DNA from: Squalus acanthias
Taxonomy: Eukaryota
Direction of reading: 5' to 3'
DNA: 64,000 bases
Assembly: GCA_030390025.1 (NCBI GenBank)
Contig: JASTWF010000033.1
Coordinates: forward strand, 3,846,001-3,910,000
This document shows positions 61,001-64,000 of the stretch, in pieces; the first letter of the stretch is position 1, and each line of letters begins with the position of its first letter. The notes under the pieces are model-generated. The model was given only the letters and a program-made list of their open reading frames with translations, was not told where the DNA came from and did no database searches. The translations under genes were made by a program, and so were the position numbers.

Positions 61001-64000
61001 TGAGGCGCTCCAACAATACTGCCCCTCAGATGGTGCAGCGCTCCCTCAGTGCCGCCTCTCCGACGGAGCAGCGTTCCCTCAGTATGGAACCTCCCACAGG
61101 GCAATGCTTCCTCAGTCCTACCACTCCGACAGTGCTGCGCTCCATCAGTAGTGTCCTTCTGGCTGTGCGGTGCTCCCTCAGTACTCTCCCTCCGAGAGTG
61201 CACCACTCCCTTAGTACTGCCACTCAGACAATGCAGTGCTCCGTCAGTACAGCCACTCCAGCAGTGCAGTGCTCCATCATTATTGCCCCTCTGAACATGA
61301 GGCGGTCCATCAATTCTGCCCCTCAGACGGTTCAGCGCTCCCCGAATACTGCCCCTCCGACAGGGCAGCGCTCCCACAGTACCGCCACTCCGACAGTGCA
61401 GCGTTCCCTCAGTACCATCCCTCCGATAGTGCGGCGCTCCCTCTGTACTGGCCCTACGAGAGTGCAGCGCTCCCTCAGTACTGCCCATCCGGCAGTGCGG
61501 CTCTCCCTCAGTACTGCACCTTCGACAGTGTAGCTGACCCTCAGTACTGTCCCTCCGACAGTGCGGCGCTCCCTCTATACTGGCCCTCTGGCAGAGCAGC
61601 GCTCCTTCAGTACTGCCCCTCGGCAAGTGCAGCACTCCCTCAGTACTGTCTCTCCGACACTGCAGCGCTACCTCATTATTGCCCATCCGACAGTGCATTT
61701 CTCCGTCAGTACTGCCCCTCTGACAATGAGGCGCTTCATCAATACTGCCCCTCCGACAGAGCAGTGCTGCCTCAGTACTGACCCTCCAAAAGAGCAGCGC
61801 TCCCTCAATACCGCCCCACCGAAGGAGCGGCACTCCCTCAGTATTGCCTCACCGTCAGTGCTGCGCTCCCTCAGTACAGACCCGGCGACAGCGCCGCGCT
61901 CCCACAGTCCTGCCCCTCTGAGAGTGCAGCGCTTCCTCAGTACTGCCCCTCCGACAGAGCGGCGCTCCCTCTGTACTGCGCCTCCAATACTGCAGTGCTC
62001 CGTCGGTAATGTCCCTCCGGCTGTGTGGTACTCCTCCTGCCCTCTCCCTCTGACAGTGCAGCCCTCTCACTTATGGCCCCTCAAAAAGTGCAGCATTCCC
62101 TCTGTACTGTCCACTCACACAGTGCAGCGCTCCGTCAGTACTGCCACTTCAAAAATGCAGTGATCCCTCATTACTGCCCCTCCGAAAGTGCGGTATTGCC
62201 TCAGTAACGTCCATCCCACAGTGTGGCGATCCCTTAGTACTTTCCTCCAACTGTGCGGCGCTTCACCCGTACTGTTCCATTCTGACAGTGCAGCAGTCCA
62301 TCAGTACGGCCCCACCGACAGTGCCGCGCTCCCTCAGTCCTGCCCCTCTGACATTTCAGCACTTCCTTAGTACTCACAGTAACTCTACCTGAGAAAGGGG
62401 CGACAGCTCCGAAAGCTTGTAATTTTAAATAAATCTGTTGGACTATAACCTGGTGTTGTGCGACTTCTCATTTTAGTACTTCCGGTCCGACATTGCAGAG
62501 CTCCCTCAGTCCTGCGTCTCCAACTGTGGCGCATCCTCATTACTGGCAATCCGACAGTGCAGCACTCTCTCAGTACTGCACCTCCGACAGTGCAGCATTG
62601 CCTCAGTACGCCACTCTTCCAGTGCGGCGCTCCCTCAGTACTTCCCCTCCAACAGTGCGGCACTCCCCAGGTACTGCCCCTCCGCCAGTGCAGCTCTCCC
62701 TCAGTTCAGAGCCTCCGACAGTGCAGCGCTCCCTCAGTACTGCAGCACCGACAGTCCCGCGCTCCCTCAGTCCTGCCTCTCTGAGAGTGCAGCGCTTCCT
62801 CTGTACTGCCAATCCGACAGTACATTGCTCTCTCAGTGCTGTCACTCCGACACTGCGGCGTTCCCTCAGTACCGCCCCTCCGACAGTGCAGCGCTTCCTC
62901 AGTACTGCCCTTCCAACAGTGCGGCATTCCTCAGTACTGCTGCAACGACAGTGCAACGCTGCCTCAGTACGAAACCTCCGACAGAGCATGGCTCCCTCAA
63001 TACTGCCAAACTGACATTGCCGCGCTCCCTCAGTTCTGCCCCTCCGAGTGTGTGGAGTTCCCTCAGCCCCGCCCCTCCAATAGTGCAGCGCACCCACAAA
63101 GCAGGCCCTCCGACAATGCACCTCTACCTCAGTACTGCCCCAGCGACAGTGACGTGCTCCCTCAGTCCTGCCCCTCTGATAGTGAGACGCTTAATCAATA
63201 CTGCCCGTCCGACAGTGGCAGCACTCACCATGTACAGCAAATCTGACAGTGCAGCCCTACCTCAATATTGCCCTGCGATAGTGCAGCGTTACCTCAGTAC
63301 TGCCCCTTCGACAATGCGGCGCTCCCTCAGTACTGCCCCTCTGACAGTGCGGCGCTCCCTCAGTGTTGCCCCTCCAACAGAGCGGCGCTCCCTCAGTGCT
63401 GCACCTCCGACAGTGCAGTGCTCCGACGGTTATGTCCCTCAGGCTGTGCGGTGATCCCTCTGTACTCTCCCGCCGACAGTGCAGCGCTCTCTCAGTAATG
63501 CCCCTCCGACAGTGCAGAACTCTCTCAGTACTGTCCCACTGACAGTGCCGCGCTCCGTCAGTCCTGCCCCTCTGAGATTGCAGCGCTTCCGCAGTACTGC
63601 ATTACCGATAGTGCAACTCTCCATCGGTACTACCCCTCCGAAAGTGCATCTTGGCTCAATACTGCCCCTCCGACAGTGCAGCACTCCCTCATTACTGCTC
63701 CTCCGACAATTCCGCTCTCCATCATTCCTGCCCCTCTGACAGTGCAGCTCTTTCCAGTACTTCCAATCCGACAGTACATTGCTCTCTCAGTGCTGCCACT
63801 CCGACACTGCGGCATTCCCTCAGTAACGCCCCTCCGTCAGAGCAGCGCTCCCTCAGTCCTGCCCTTCCAACAGTGCGGCATTCCTCAGTACTGCTGCAAC
63901 GACATTGCAACGCTCTCTCAGTACGAAACCTCCGACAAAGCATGACTCCCTTAGTAGTGCCAAACTGACAGTGCCGTGCTCCCTCTGTTCTGCCCCTCCG
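58081..64000. repeat. 33-bp satellite, unit cagtgcagcgctccctcagtactgcccctccga, >5.9 kb, runs off the window
   Basis: Direct periodicity; 11-aa period (TVQRSLSTAPP) in the ORF track. Confidence 0.97.
62375..62472 (+). mobile_element. Short Penelope-like terminal-repeat insert with hammerhead-type motif
   Basis: TSD ttagtact at 62367-62374 and 62473-62480; ctac-CTGAGAA-aggggcgacagctcc-GAAA-gctt-gta; same family as 2914-3090. Confidence 0.82.

Noticed and set aside
57994..63968. Dozens of long overlapping ORFs (up to 289 aa) with TVQRSLSTAPP / QYCPSDSAALP repeats
   Set aside because: A 33-bp stop-poor unit keeps several frames open on both strands; indels break frames at random and there is no gene structure.

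Overview
Eukaryotic, repeat-dominated vertebrate DNA, most likely from a cartilaginous fish (shark). This is inferred from HE1-type V-SINEs that share a 3' tail with CR1/HER1 LINEs, Deu-type SINEs, and a shark-type GPR139-like receptor. Most of the window is nested, decayed retroelements: many CR1 copies (two near full length with an esterase ORF1), a second CR1/L2-group family, one RTE, one Vingi, Penelope fragments carrying hammerhead-ribozyme motifs, SINEs and a solo LTR. Tandem repeats have periods of 18, 21, 27, ~32, 33, 51 and 67 bp, plus a ~1.8-kb macro-repeat. The only host protein gene is a minus-strand two-exon class A GPCR. Its exon 2 (42157-43058) is open, while exon 1 appears split by a Penelope insertion and its splice-donor end is multiplied. 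Other notable signals: a back-to-back hammerhead-type hairpin in every unit of the 1.8-kb array; two TSD-flanked mini-Penelope hammerhead inserts with a shared variant core; a 27-bp YY1-motif CpG array; a 5S rRNA orphon; and a 6-kb 33-bp satellite growing out of a SINE. All calls are by eye, boundaries are approximate unless a TSD or splice site is quoted, and no database search was run.
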